A stretch of 64,000 nt of DNA, from positions 92,876,001 to 92,940,000 of the forward strand of contig NC_042998.1 of the NCBI RefSeq assembly GCF_006345805.1, given 5' to 3'. The notes beneath the pieces are model-generated. The model saw nothing but the letters and a program-made list of their open reading frames with translations, had not been told where the DNA came from and ran no database searches. The position numbers and the translations under genes are program-made. This DNA comes from Octopus sinensis. Lineage: Eukaryota. Positions 1 through 13,974 of this stretch are shown in pieces (within the stretch, counting starts at the first letter, position 1; each line of letters opens with the position of its first letter).

Positions 1-558
1 ACTTGAAAATGAAGAAGAATAGACAAGAATTTCACCAATTTATTATGCAACCAGATTTGATTTTATGCATATTATTGTCTCTTTTTTTTTTCTTGATGCA
101 ATCTGTCAATAATAACTATTGCATTAAGCATTATTTTAAACAAAGCATGAAATGTAATTATTTATAAAATTAAAATGACCATGTTCATGTCAGTAATAAA
201 GTTATAAAAATCTGATTAATTTGCTTTTTAAGAGAATAATCTTGCTTGAAATTTAGAAAATTACTGAAGAAAAGAAATAAAAGAAGACGAAGAAAAATTT
301 TTGAGAAGAAAACAAGATTTGCTTAAAATAAAAATCTAATACTCAGCAAATAATTGATGGAAAAGTGTGATTGCTATTTTCTGGTTAAGGTTAGTGATTT
401 GTAATTAATGTTGTTTCGAAATACAGAAGAGTAGCAAAGTGTAATTGAAATGTGAGAATAATTTCTGTTGCTCTTATCAGGATTGGAAATCACTTCTTAA
501 AATATTCTAATTCTTTTATTTGTTGATTGATTGGTTTCTGACAGTTGTAAAGAATCCT

Positions 559-560
559 GT

Positions 561-593
<33 letters not shown>

Positions 594-621
594 TACATAC
601 ATACATACATACATACATACA

Positions 622-657
<36 letters not shown>

Positions 658-781
658 TATATAAATATATATACATACACACATATATATATGTATGTGT
701 GTGTATATAATATATATATATATATCAATATATATACATACACACACATATATATGTATGTGTGTGTATATATATATATAT

Positions 782-818
<37 letters not shown>
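559..818. repeat. compound (TACA)n/(CA)n/(TA)n microsatellite
   Basis: Directly visible tandem repeats; they explain the overlapping low-complexity ORFs at 490-877. Confidence 0.97.
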
Positions 819-1170
819 AAACAAGTGTAAAGATTTTATTTTCAATAAAAAGAACAATCAGTTATACAAACAAATAGTATGTTTTAATAGAAATAAACGT
901 AAAAAAGAATTACTTTTTTTTTCCTGTTTTTTTTTTTATTATTTTTTAAGACAAACTTATACAATTCATAGTGAATTTATGGGACTACAATATCAAAGAA
1001 GTTTCTTGTAATGTCTCCGAAAGAATTAAAGGAAACAATAAAATATTTTTTGCTAGACTGGAGAAAATACTGAAGTTCAAAGTTGCTGTTTTAACTCTCT
1101 ATACTCATAAATTACTCATGCAAACTTTTAAGCATGGCTGATAGTTGCAGATATGGCTGATAGTTGCAGA

Positions 1171-1272
1171 TATGGCTGTGTGTATATGGAGTTTGATTTG
1201 TAACCATGAACTTGAGTTCGATCCCATTGTGTTGCACCTTAGGTAAGTGTCTTCTACTTAACTTCAGGCTGA
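1171..1272 (+). mobile_element. degenerate tRNA-derived CORE-type SINE head
   Basis: tggctgtgtg...gagttcgatccc (A/B-box-like) followed by gcaccttaggtaagtgtcttctac; homologous to the better copy at 21590-21760. Confidence 0.7.
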
Positions 1273-1524
1273 CATACATGCATACATACATACATACATA
1301 CATACATACATACATACATACATACATACATACATACATACATACATACATACATACATACATACATACATAGATAAGTGTATTATTAAGGTTTTACAGT
1401 TAGTCAAAGTCTCACAACCATTAATAAGTGCTATTGAATGCCTGGCCAAGATTGGTACACCACTCTTTGCTCCATATGAGTGATAAGAAATAAATTTTGT
1501 CTGATTGTATTCATTACCAAAAAG

Positions 1525-1860
1525 CATCTTTCAGTGATAACCTGTCAATGTTGCTCATTAAACCTACTACCATACCTGCACACAATCATGGCCATAGAGT
1601 TAGATCCAGAAGTATTTCTCATCTTTTCATTGTCAATGATGTGAAACTGTACAGGCCAAATATCAACCACATAAAAAACAATTGCACCTCATTATCTAAT
1701 TTTCTACAGATATTGGAATGAAATTTGGTGAGTTCAAATGTGCATTTTTGATGATAAAATTTGGAAGAGTTATGCCCTCTTCTGAAAACCTACAAGCAGG
1801 TAAATCATATTTTACCATCTTAAAAAATGAAAGGACACATTGGATGCTACATCTAGATAG
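1525..1860 (+). pseudogene. decayed non-LTR reverse transcriptase fragment, R4/NeSL-like (RLE clade)
   Basis: Broken frames read FQ*DNLSMLL...RSISHLFIVNDVKLY...DIGMKFGEFKC, resembling FQGDSLSPLLF...ISHLLFMDDLKLY...DIGMEFGLDKC. Confidence 0.65.
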
Positions 1861-2185
1861 GAAACAGAAAAGAAGAAATGATCATAGGAGATATGCTTTT
1901 TGATCACAGTTCTGCTGGATCAGAGCAGATTTGAAGCTATGTAGCAGCAATAACAGTAGCAGTAGCAGCAATAATAGCTGCAGCAGCAGCAACAGCAATA
2001 ATAGCAGTAGCAACAACAGCAGTAGCAACAACAATAACAGTCAGATGATCTATGTTCTTGCCTTCATGGAGACATAAATCTCAAGAAAATAACCTACCAA
2101 GCACTTAACAGTGGAATATATATTGCAATATTGTATGATTTAGAATATAAATTAAGTAGAAAAATACCTGAACCATTTTGACACA

Positions 2186-2763
2186 GAGATGGCTGTGAGG
2201 ATAAGAAGCTTGGTTTGCAAGTATGTGCTTTCAGGTTCAGTTCCACTGCATGGTACCTTGTGCATATGTCTTCTACTATAGCCCTAGGCTGACCAATGCC
2301 TTGTGAGTAAATTTGCTAACCAGAAACTGTACAGAAGCCCATTAAGCATATATATATATTATATATATATATACATATATACCCATGCTAGCATGAACGG
2401 CAGATGTTAAACAATGATGATGATGATGCTATATATTTATATATATATATATATATATATATCCAAATGTGATCACTGCCAAGGCAGCCTGACTGACTCC
2501 CATGCTGGTGGCATGTGAAAAGCCCCATCTGAATGTGGCCGATGCCAGTGGTCCTGCGCCAGTGGCATGTAAAAAGCACCCACTACACTCCTATAGTGGT
2601 TGGCATTAGGAAGGGCATCCAGCTGTAGAAACATTACTAGATCAGACTGGAGTTGGGTGCAGCCGCTTGCTTTCCAGTCCTCAGTCAAACTGTCCAACCC
2701 ATGCCAGCATGGAAAACGGACGTTAAAGGATGATGATGATGATGGTGATGATGATGAATATGA

Positions 2764-2805
<42 letters not shown>

Positions 2806-3030
2806 CGTGTGCGTGCATGCATGCGTATGTCTTTGTGTTTGTGTTAGTCATCCCACTCCACCACTTTGTCTACCACTGTTGGTTTGTTTATGTCAAAAGA
2901 AACCTATAAAATAAGAACCAGACTTTAAAAAAACTGGTACTGAGGTCAATTTGCTTAATAAAAACCGTTCGAGGTTGTGCCCCAGCATTGCCGCAGTCCA
3001 ATGACAGAAATAAGTAAAAGATACAAGATA
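2186..3030 (+). mobile_element. bipartite SINE (CORE head + microsatellite + second domain) with two RTE-X 3' ends inserted in its microsatellite
   Basis: Head at 2186-2345 and second half at 2820-3030 match 21590-22015. RTE-X ends at 2381-2428 and about 2465-2760 lie in the intervening (TA)n/(TG)n. Confidence 0.75.
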
Positions 3031-3833
3031 AATGATTGCAAAAAGTTACTGTGTCACATTACAATATGCTATAAAGCTAATGAAATAACTGCTATATGGT
3101 TATTTGACTTACACTTTATTGTACAGTGAGATGTCACTTGTGAATTAGTGTGACTTGGCAGCATATACCATGCTTTTGTTAATTGATTTAGGTGTCTATG
3201 TAGACATTCTCTTGGCTGCTGCACCATTAACCTGGCTAAACATCCAAGATATTACAACGGAGGGAGGCAGAACTGTACTTGCAACCTGACTAGTGATCAA
3301 TTACAGCCGAGTTGATTGGAGTGTTAGGTGATGAAGTATCTTGCTCAAAGATCCAATAATGTACTGCCCAGTCCAGGAATTGAATCCATAGTCTTAAGAC
3401 CATGAGCCAAAAACCTTTACCACTAGGCCACATTTGTTCACCTCCTACTGTTTTGGAAAGAGAGTGTAGTAGATTATGCAGATGGTGAGATAGAAAAATA
3501 TGGCATGTCATAGTTATAGGGCCTTTCATCATATATTTGCTCAGTCAGAGCTGACCAAAGTCTAAACAACTAATCAAGCTTCTTGTACAATGAACTGGAA
3601 ATAAACTATGCCATTTGAATGTGTTTTTTTTGGTGGTGGGTCGTAAAGATCATGCAGTGTGTTAAAGTATTCAAGAAACCCAGACATTCATTCACAGTAG
3701 ACTGCTAGCAAAGAACACTATCTCTTTTGGTAGTGCGGTTGTTTCTTACACTCAGTTAACATACATGAAGACAAGGAAAAATATATGAGTGTACCCATAC
3801 AAACACACATACATCTAGATGTATATATATATA

Positions 3834-3919
<86 letters not shown>

Positions 3920-4169
3920 ACTTATACATATATGCATACACAAACACAAAGCACATACTTTATTTGTGTATTAACAATCTGGTGTTGGTATCAATTGTGT
4001 AAAAAAAACAATTTTCAAATGTTCCATTTAAGAATGTTAGTAATCCATCTCCAAATTTGATAAGTCTAAGTGAGATTACTACCAAAGGATAAGGGTGTGA
4101 GAGTTTATCAACTAAATGCAGTGGTGAGCACTCGTTTTCATATATATGTGTGTGTGTGTGTGTGTGTTT

Positions 4170-4225
<56 letters not shown>

Positions 4226-4227
4226 CC

Positions 4228-4460
4228 ATTTGAGCATGGTTGATGCCAGTGCTGCCTGACTAACACCTGTGCTGGTGGCATATAAAAAGTACTCACTACA
4301 CTCTTGGAGTGGTTGGCATTAGGAAAGGCATCCAGGTGTAGAAGTCTTGCAAAATCAGACTGGAGCCTGGTACAGCTTCCCAGCATAGCAGTTCTCAATC
4401 AAAGCATCCAGCCCGTGCCAGCATGGAAAGCGAACATTAAATGATCATGGCGACAACGAT
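4228..4460 (+). mobile_element. RTE-X LINE 3' end
   Basis: cactacactcttggagtggttggcattaggaaaggcatccag...gcatggaaagcgaacattaaatgat matches the terminus of the long copy (63090-63270). Confidence 0.85.
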
Positions 4461-5710
4461 GGGGATGGTGATGTGTGTATTTATGACGCTTGTGTGTGTA
4501 TGTGAGTGTATGACAGATTTCTTGCTTCTGTCTATAAATTTCATTCCCAAAGTATTGCTTGGCCTGAAGCTATAGTATAGAATGCCAGCTGACAACGTTC
4601 CTACAGTAGAATCAAACTCCTTACAACATGGATGTAAAAGTGAAGCACTCTTCTTTACCACACACTCATACTTGCACCCATAGTCATACCTGCATGTATT
4701 ATACGTGTCTTATTCCTCTAATAAAGAAGATCCAGCTTATCTGCATACAGAAATGACACTGACATTTTAGATATAAGGACAATCATTTAAAGTACAAAGA
4801 TGAACAATAGATGACTTGTGATAGAATATGATGGACACTTTACCAAATCTTAAATTCTTTATTATGTTACCTATTCAAAGTCAACTTTTGCTTTCATTTA
4901 TAGATGTCTGCCTTTCTCAAATCAATACATTCAAAATGGAACATTTTGCTCTCTAAGTACTTCCAATAAACTATGTCCTTTTCAGCTTAACTTTATTCTT
5001 CTCGTATTTGCTGAGTATTATATCTGAAATCCGATATATAAAAAAGGAATTGTTGCGCTTGTAGCTGTTAAATAATGACGTTAGAAAGCTAGCTGGTCAT
5101 CATAAATATTCCTTTCATGGTGTAATCAAATTTAGAAATCCAGCAACTACTTCCTAGATACTAACTAGCATGAAGCTTTACATATCTAAGCAACATTGCT
5201 GAAGGACTACTTGCTGAGGGACTGCCTTCTAAATTGTTAAACTCATTACAACTTTACACTATTTATACTTCTTGTTTAACATACTCAATGTACCATGTAC
5301 CATATCATTACAAGCTCACTTCCCTCAATTATAATTTATCTCTCTAACATGTTACTTTGTTATTCTTAATACTTGCCAGCTCCCATGTGTAAGGTATAAG
5401 GTATATTATATGAAAATATACTCCCTTTTCAAATGTGAAGTAAACTTACCAACTAACCTGCCTTCAAAGATCTAGATAATTACTTTACTACTCTCTACCC
5501 TGTCTTCCAATACAAACCAAAATAATAGGTGCATGTGTAGCGATACTTTTCATTAAAAATGATTTACACTAATCCTGCATTAAAAAACTCATTACTGAGG
5601 TGAATCCATGTGTAACAGTTGCAAACTTGTCAAGTGACAACTTACAATAAAGTGGAATTATTTAACCCAAGGCAAGTTTTAATCAAGCAAACCTTACAAT
5701 CAACCTTACT

Positions 5711-6893
5711 GAAAAACTAGAAGTAGTTGATAGCTCCCATTACCAAGGTGACCAAGTCAGTAGCGGAAGTGGGGGTGCTCTGAATGTGTGGCTGCTAGAA
5801 TAAGAATAGCCTGGGCAAAGTTCAGAGAGCTCTTACCTCTGCTGGTGACAAAGGGCCTCTCGCTCAGAGTAAAAGCTAGATTGTATGACACATGTGTACA
5901 AACAGCCATGCTACATGGCAGTGAAACATGGGCTGTGACTGCTGAGGACATGCGTAAGCTCATAAGGAATAAAGCCAGTATGCTCTGATGGATGTGTATG
6001 TCAGTGTGCATACTCAACAAAGTGTAAGTGTCTTGAGAGAAAAGTTGGACCTAAGAAGCATCAGATGTGGTGTGCAAGAGAGATGAGTGTGCTGGAATGG
6101 ATGAGGATAGTTGCATGAAAAAGTTCCACACTCTAGCAGTTGAAGGAACCTGTGGAAGAGGTAGACCCAGGAAAACCTGGGATGAAGTGGTGAAGCATAA
6201 CCTTCGAAAATTAGGCTTCATCGAGGCAATGACTAGTGACCAAGACCTTTGGAAATATGCTGTGCTTGAGAAAACCCAGCAAGCCAAGTGAGACCATAAC
6301 CTGTGGCCTATGCCAGGGGTGTAACCAGACCATTTATGCATATCTTTCCTTCATTGAACACTAAACTCTGCTTGTGAAGTCCTGTTGAGACAAGTGAAAT
6401 CGAAATCGAAATCAAATTCGATGACAGCACTTCATGCCTGGCCTCCGTGCTAGTGGGGTGCTAAGAGCACCATCCGAGCATGATCGTTGCCAGGGCTGCT
6501 GACTGGCTCCTGTGCTGGTGGCACATAAAAAGCACCATTCGACCATGATCATTGCCAGCATCGCCTTACTGGCACTTGTGCTGGTGGCACGTGAAAAACG
6601 ATATCCGAGCAAGGTCATTGCCAGTGCCGCTGGACTGGTTTCTGTGCAAGTGGCATGTAAAAAGCACCGTTTGATCATGGCCATTGCCAGTACTGTCTAA
6701 CTGGCCCTCATGCCGGTGGCACGTAAAAGCACTCACTACATTCTCAGAGTGGTTGGCATTAGGAAGGGCATTCAGCTGTAGAAACTCTGCCAGATCAGAT
6801 TGGAGCCTGGTGCAGCCATCTGGCTCGCCAGTCCTCAGACAAATCGTCCAACCCATGGCAGCATGGAAAGTGGATGTTAAACGATGATGATGA
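5711..6893 (+). mobile_element. 5'-truncated RTE-X LINE (ORF2 C-terminus + 3'UTR)
   Basis: ORFs 5788-5988 and 6067-6291 (RIRIAWAKFRELLPLL...GRGRPRKTW) match ORF2 of the 59.7-63.3 kb copy; 3'UTR minisatellite and (ATG)n tail present. Confidence 0.92.
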
Positions 6894-7199
6894 AGAGTAA
6901 ATTTAGAAATGAAAATTTGGTACATTTCTTCCACACAAAAGTCACATCTGTTATTCCTTATACTATAACGTTTTGCTTTACTAATTGTTTCCTAAGCAAT
7001 TGAAAATACTTTGTTGCTATCTTTTAGTACCCAAAATCAGCTTACTAAGTTCTAGTAGTATTAATTTATCCCTATTTCTAAATGAACTTAAATGATTGGC
7101 AATTCTCTGTTTAATTTGGCTGCTATTTCTTGCAGGCTCTGTTACCATACTGTATATGGAGTTCAGGTGCACTACCACTTGCTAAAGGGTAAGAATGGG

Positions 7200-7395
7200 A
7201 ACAGAAATCAGTAGAACATTAAAGAACCAACGATGAAAGCCAGAAGTACATGTACAGCACATAGAATAAAACACAGAAAGAGAAAAACAAACAGTAAAAG
7301 AGCCATAAAGAGAAGAGAATGCATGGGTACATCATGAGTAGTTTGGGCAAGCTTAGAATTTTTGAAGGACACAGTATCCAGACAGCTAACCACTA
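7200..7395 (-). mobile_element. CR1/L2-like LINE 3' remnant (related pieces at about 13290-13520 and 28670-28860)
   Basis: The three segments share gaatttttgaagga / gaatttcaagaagcatgg...aaaggatgcaat...gacagctaa; the clade call is inference. Confidence 0.4.
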
Positions 7396-7431
7396 TTCAG
7401 GTAGTTTATTTCATGATTCAACAATTCTGAG

Positions 7432-7655
7432 CTTTCGTTATCGTATTTATTTTGAGATGCACTGTGTTTCTTTCAATTAATTTTAAATATAACAAAGAAT
7501 TTAGTAAAATAACTTAGTTATCCTTAAGCTAGTGTTAGGAACATAAATTGCAACTAAAGTTTGATGGAAGATTTTAATTCAAAACTTATGGAAACAAGAC
7601 ATTCGTACTATAGAGCCAGAGGCGGTTTCAGTCAGGTTGGTATCGAAAAGGTTAA
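7432..7655. mobile_element. piggyBac-like MITE (right end ...aaaaggttaa)
   Basis: Non-coding, about 220 bp, TTAA-type end. Similar TTAA/ccct-ended MITEs at about 19690-19925, 34965-35150 and 46860-46960. Confidence 0.5.
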
Positions 7656-7787
7656 ATGTACTTGAAAGTCATGGTGTGGTACTGTATGTTTTTAAAAATT
7701 TTATTAGCATTATATTCAGAACAGTCTAATCATTATATTTTAGGTCATCAGAATATCTAATCAATACTATATAAAGCATACAAGGCA

Positions 7788-8008
7788 GAAGTGAGCTGAC
7801 AGAATCATTAGCATGCCAGGGTATAATGCTTAGCAGCATTTCATCTTTCTTTACATTCTGAGTTCAAATTCTGTCACGGTTGATCTTGCCTTTCATCCTT
7901 TTAGGATTAATAAAATATATACTGGTTGAGCACTAGGGTGGATGTAATTGACTTAACCCCCTCCCCTAAAAATTGCTGGCCTTGCACCAAAAATTTGAAA
8001 CCAATCTT
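7788..8008 (+). mobile_element. tRNA-derived SINE with gccttcatcctt...ggggtcgataaa...aagtacc central domain
   Basis: Homologous copies at 8705-8925 (+), 13975-14215 (-), 34670-34880 (+), 45182-45406 (-); B-box-like gagttcaaattc. Confidence 0.85.
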
Positions 8009-8173
8009 CTACTATAATAATACTCTTGTGTTTTTTCTCTGTCACAGCATATGAATGAGAAAGGAAGGGATGATAGATGAATAAGGAAATGAGGGGTGAT
8101 GGCAAACTAGTAGTGGGAGCGTTTCAACTCTGTGTGAGTATATGTGTGTGTATGTAAAAGGGAGGTGTGTGAA

Positions 8174-8218
<45 letters not shown>

Positions 8219-9330
8219 AATGGAAGTGGAATGGTGAACATTCAGTGCTGAAAAGAAAAATCAAACAGCGTTTCAATTCTGTGTGAGTATATGTGTGTAT
8301 GTGTGTGCGTGTATAAGGGAAATATGTGAATGTTTGTATGTGTGAACTTGTGTTCTTTCAATAACAAACGATAATCGATGTCACATCTCAAAAGACAACC
8401 ACTAGATAACATTGAAAAGTGTATTAATTTGATTTGCCATCCATATTCTAACTGTTTTGTAAAAAATGATTATTACAATCACACACACCTACACAAACAT
8501 ATACATATTCAAACTCATTAGAGAAAATAATTATTTCCCAGAGTGTATCAAGAATATAAAATGACTGAAGTTGAAAGGTATATTATAAATTTGGTAATAA
8601 AAGAATTATTAAACTAAAACTTGGTTTTGTACCTTATATATAAAATACTACAATTAGCTGTCATTTTTGATGGCACGGAGCCAACTAGTATTTATATAAA
8701 TCATAAGGTGACAAGCTGGCAGAATCATGAGTGCACTGAGTAAGATACTTAGCAGCATTTTGTCCATCTTTATGTGCTGAGTTCAAATTCCACCGTGGTT
8801 GACTTTGTCTTACATCATTTTGCAGCTGATAAAGTAAGTAGTAGTTGAGCATTAGGGTTGATGTAATTGACTTACATCCTTACCCTAAAATTACTGGCCT
8901 TGGGTTAGAATTTTAAACCAATATTTATATAAAACATACTAACACAGGCAGAAGACAAAAGGATTTGATGGAGGGTTTGGTATTTATGTCCTCCCCTGAG
9001 AAAGACTGGTTTTTGTTTTATTGACTGCTGTGAGAATGAAAGGCAAAATTGACTTCAATAAAATTTGAACTTAGAATGCAAAGGGATACAGCTAAATACA
9101 ACAAAACCATTTCATCTGACACTCCACGAGTCAGAAACTGGGGGCGGTAACAAGAAAATGGTTTACTTCACAAGAATAAACTCAAATACATATATCGAAT
9201 ACTATTTTACTTTTTGTTGTCATCGTTGTACTGTCAAATGTGTGTGTGTATATGTGCATGCATGTGAATGCAAATATATATATACAAAAATACATACAAA
9301 TATACATACATGCACACATACATACATGTG

Positions 9331-9387
<57 letters not shown>

Positions 9388-9418
9388 ATATTATATATAT
9401 ATATATAATATATATATA

Positions 9419-9467
<49 letters not shown>

Positions 9468-9756
9468 TGCACACACTCATATATCTATATACATATGTAT
9501 ATATATGTATATATATGCATGTATATATGTATGTATGTGTGTATGTATGTATGTATGTATGTATGTATAAACGATGTATGTATGTATGTAAATATGAATG
9601 TATTGTCGATGTTTTTATCATTTTACATACGATGAATGCAGAAGGAAACTGCTAAAAGGGAAAAAAATTCTCCTTAACATTTGAATAATAAATGTAAAAA
9701 GGGTTATGTAGGAGGCTTTGAATCTCTTTAGCAGTTTCAATGCTTACAAACCTTAC

Positions 9757-9832
9757 TGATATTAAATTTTGTTTCTTTGTATGTTGTACAAGAAAAAAAA
9801 GTCTTTGCTCCTCCATGGCCATAGCTGAATGG
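9757..9832 (-). CDS. candidate host exon, product unknown
   Basis: Minus strand: ttttattaatggtttcag|CCATTC...ATATCA|gtaagg (alternative donor gtaagc 9 nt further). Open reads PFSYGHGGAKTFFSCTTYKETKFNI or HSAMAMEEQRLFFLVQHTKKQNLIS. No homolog recognised. Confidence 0.25.
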
Positions 9833-10543
9833 CTGAAACCATTAATAAAATAAAAGAGATTAGTTTGAAAAAAAAAAATTTTTATCAGGAATTGCCAGTG
9901 TGAAGAGAAAGGGTACAGAATGACAACTGCACACATTAACATGCACATTCACAATCTCTCTGTCTCTCTCTCACACACACACTCAAGCACATGCACACAC
10001 ACGCACACAGAGAATCGGAGACACGATCACATGAATACAAACACATGTATACACATTCATGCTCAAGCTCATATACCTACAGTGATAGAAGCTCAAATAG
10101 TTTTCACATGCATCCACATGTGATGCATGCTCTCATACACATACATATGGATGCACACACACACACACACAGAGTCCACACACACACATAAACAGACATA
10201 CACACATATAGGACAGAGATGCACATAGTTTCACATGCATTCACAGATGCGTTTGCATGCACAGATGTACACACATACACCACGCACTCACTCATTCTAG
10301 AAAGAATGAAAGAAACAGAGAACTGGACAGAAAGATAGAGAGGGAGGGACAGCAAGATGGAGAGAGATAGGGAGAGGTAGAGGTGGAGAGAGAAGAAGAT
10401 GAGAGTTGGGAAGACAGATGAGGAGAAAGAAAAGAAGGCAAAGTAAAACCGGCGAATAGAAATCTTTCAATTTTCTCTTTGACTGTTACCTTCTGCATCT
10501 ATCATATATATATATAATATACATATAATGCATGCAATATACA

Positions 10544-10633
<90 letters not shown>

Positions 10634-10929
10634 ATATGTATATACATACACACACACACATATACATGTATGTGTGTATCTATCTATCTATGTCTGTGTT
10701 TGTCTTTGTCCTTTGCTCTCTCCTCTTCCCTCATAATTATATATATATATAACAAAGTGGTACCTATATATATATTGTATGTATAATATTTATGCAATGA
10801 TAAATGCATAACTCAGTAAACATATGAGTTATGCAATGGTATTTGTGAGCAAACTTTAACAGGCTATGAATGGAAACAACTAACATAATGTTATGTTCGG
10901 TCATTCACCATATTTGAAGTTATTTTAAG

Positions 10930-11166
10930 TTTCTCCAATCTGAGACGTTTCAACAGCATAAGTATGACGGATTCCAATGTGACAGAGGAAACCAAAATAC
11001 ATGTCATACTCATGACATCAGCCATAGTGACTTCGAAATTGTCAGTTCCTCCTCTTGTAGCCTTGTACTTCATATTCAAGTTAATGGAAGAGATGGAGGT
11101 CTCTGGCAGAGGTGTGTCATTTTTGACCAAGAGAAACATTCTCAGATGTCAGTTGGACATTATCAG
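10930..11166 (+). other. GC-richer island: candidate 237-nt phase-0 exon or ancient RT relic
   Basis: ttattttaag|TTT...CAG|gtaacc, 79 stop-free codons; the peptide contains RCVIFDQEK, reminiscent of the RT motif CVFVDLEKAFD. Confidence 0.2.
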
Positions 11167-11419
11167 GTAACCTGGATGGCTGTGTATGGCCAGCAATTCT
11201 AGGAGGAATATAATCAATGATGTCTCCAGCAAGTCAATGAGGGTCATTAACAAGCAGCTTGAAGTAGTGGAGTTCATCTCCAGATGAAAGGCTTATAATT
11301 TTCAATACTTTGACTTTCATATTTCTGGCTCTTGTAGGAATACTCCAAATGTCTTAAACCCTATACTAGGGTGGTCATTCTATGGAATGTCATCATGAAA
11401 TTGTGGTGTAGATAGGGAT

Positions 11420-11423
11420 AGGC

Positions 11424-11494
<71 letters not shown>

Positions 11495-11500
11495 CAGACA
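11420..11500. repeat. (GATA)n microsatellite (others at 13600-13810, 19220-19315, 33280-33650, 59575-59700)
   Basis: Directly visible. Confidence 0.97.
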
Positions 11501-11699
11501 GTTTTTTGAAATCATTTCAAATTCTTTGTTTTCTTTTTATTCCTCAACCAGGTTCAAATCCAAAGAGGCTACGCAAAAGTTATTTAGTTCCATGTATACA
11601 AAGAACTAACAGCTCAGTTTTTTATTCTGTTAGCTGTCAGATTTTTTGACATCCTTGCAAATGGCTTGTATGTTTACTGATTTATGCATTTATCATTGC

Positions 11700-12713
11700 T
11701 GCAGATGCACAGGGGCAACAGACACCACAGATACTCAGAAAACAGATTCCATCACACTCAAGGGGAAGAAACTAGAAGTAGTTGATAGTTTCCGCTACCT
11801 AGGTGACCAAGTTAGTAGTGGAAGTAGATGCTCAGAGAGTGTCACCACTAGAATACGAATAGCCTAGGCAAAGTTTGGAAAGCTTCTACCCCTACTGGTG
11901 ACAAAGGGTCTCTCGCTCAGAGTGAAGGGTAGATTGTATGACGCATGTGTGCGAACTGCCATGCTTCACGACAGTGAAGCATGGGCTGTGACTGCAGAGG
12001 ACATGCATAGGCTTGAAAGGATTGAAGCTAGCTTGATCCACTGGATGTGTGGTGTTAGTGTGCACACACGACAGAGTGTAAGTGCTCTGATAGAAATGCT
12101 GGACATAAGAAGCATTGGATGTGGCTTGCAAGAGAGATGATTGTGCTGGTATGGTCATGTACTATGGATGGATGAGGAGAGATGTGTGAAGAGGTGTCAC
12201 TCCCAAACAGTTGAAGGAATCTGGGATAGAGGTAGATCCAGGAAGACATGGGATGAGGTGGTCAAGCATGACCTTCGAACGTTGGGCCTCACAGCGGCAA
12301 TGACGAGATATGCTGTGACTGCGAAGACCCAACAAATAATGTGAGTTCATGGCTGTTTCCTGCACCAGCTTCACATAGCAGCCCCAGCCCATCCAAAGTA
12401 CCTTGGATCGCAGGACAGCCTGCTGTGCTTATCTTGGATCATAGGGTGACCTGCAGTGCTTAAGAAGACCTATTGAGTCAAGTACATCAACATCAAAATA
12501 AAAATCAAATGGAAATTGTAGTTGTGATACCTGTGCCGGTGGCACGTAAAAAGCACCTACTACACTCTTGTAGTGGTTGGTGTTAGGAGGGCATCCAGCT
12601 GTAGAAACACTGCCAGATCAGACTGGAGCCTGGTGCAGGCTCCCCAGACCCCGGTCGAACCGTCCAACCCATACTAGCATGGAAAACAGACGTTAAATGA
12701 TGATGATAATGAT

Positions 12714-12714
<1 letters not shown>
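11700..12714 (+). mobile_element. 5'-truncated RTE-X LINE, second subfamily
   Basis: CRCTG...KLEVVDSFRYLGDQVSSG...KGRLYDACVRTAMLH...RGRSRKTW. Its 3'UTR differs from the 6.3 kb and 62.6 kb copies but matches 37182-38220. Confidence 0.92.
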
Positions 12715-12765
<51 letters not shown>

Positions 12766-13772
12766 CATGTATGTATGCAAATGGCTTTAGTGAACACCTA
12801 GCAATTTGAAACCTCTAATTTACACAATGAATATTTATTAAACAGTCGCACAAGGTAGAACAATCTGCTTTTCATTTCAGACAGAAACTTTGTATGTGGA
12901 ATACTGCAAATTATGTTTTCCATGGTCTGAATTTTTATAACTGTACTCTCTTTCCAGACTTCTTTTTTCTGCAAAACAAATGCATTGATCCTAAGAAATT
13001 TGACACTTCTTTTATATGGATTTGAAGCGATCCTTGTATCTGAGCTTTAGTTTTGAAGCATTGCATTTGGAATCCTATAATTCTCTGTAGAACATTTGTT
13101 TCAGAAGTCATGAATAATTTACATGAATAAGACCAACAGAGACAACTTTGATGATTAAAGAGTCTATGCTTGACTATGCTGCTCTATTAATAACTTCAGT
13201 ATTTAGTGTGAGACTACCAGTCAACAATGTAAAATATGTAGAATAACAATAAGTTTATTGTCTACAGGGCTCAAGTATACATTAACTCATTAGTAAAAGG
13301 TAAAACAAGTAACAGAAAGCAAAAATAAGTCAAATAACGAAAGACCGCTATCAAAGCCAAAAGCACTTATCCAGTACACAGAATAAAAACACAGAAAAGT
13401 GAACTGAAAAAGAGCCATGAAGAGGAAAAGGTGCACAGGTACATGAGGAGTAGCACTAGTGAATTTCAAGAAGCATGGCATTTTCAAAGGATGCAATATG
13501 TTGACAGCTAAATACCAACTTGAATAGTTTATCCCATGCTTAAATTAAGAATTAAATGAAACATTTCCCTTTTTACATAACATAGCTCACTCATCGAATA
13601 TCTATCTATCTATCTTCTATCTACCTAGCTATCTATCCACCTACCTGCCTGCCTACCTACTTACCTACCTATCTACCTACCTATCTACCTACCTACTTAC
13701 GTACCTACCTACCTACCTACCTACCTACCTACCTACCTACCTACCTACCTACTTACCTACCTACATGCCTGC

Positions 13773-13809
<37 letters not shown>

Positions 13810-13974
13810 CGCCAGCTTGTATGTCTGTCTGTCCATATATTTATCTATCTATTTGTCTGTCTACCTATCTGTTTGCATGTGGGTATATACATCTGTGTTC
13901 ATATCTATATTTGTGTTTCTTTATATCAAATTGTTATGCAACTAATTTGTCTGACAAATACGGATTGATAAAAT

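Noticed and set aside
1-330. Possible terminal exons (LENEEE*; KLLKKRNKRRRRKIFEKKTRFA*)
   Set aside because: A-rich low-complexity sequence at the window edge; nothing distinguishes it from chance.
5450-5574. Minus-strand segment with near-perfect acceptor (ttttttaatgcag) and donor (G|gtaagt)
   Set aside because: All three frames hit stops within the first codons; at most a non-coding exon, with no further support.
9065-9655. Longest non-TE ORF (196 aa) and the many YI/HT/CV/LSIY-rich ORFs
   Set aside because: They are translations of (TA)n, (CA)n, (TACA)n and (TCTA)n microsatellites that lack stops in some frames.
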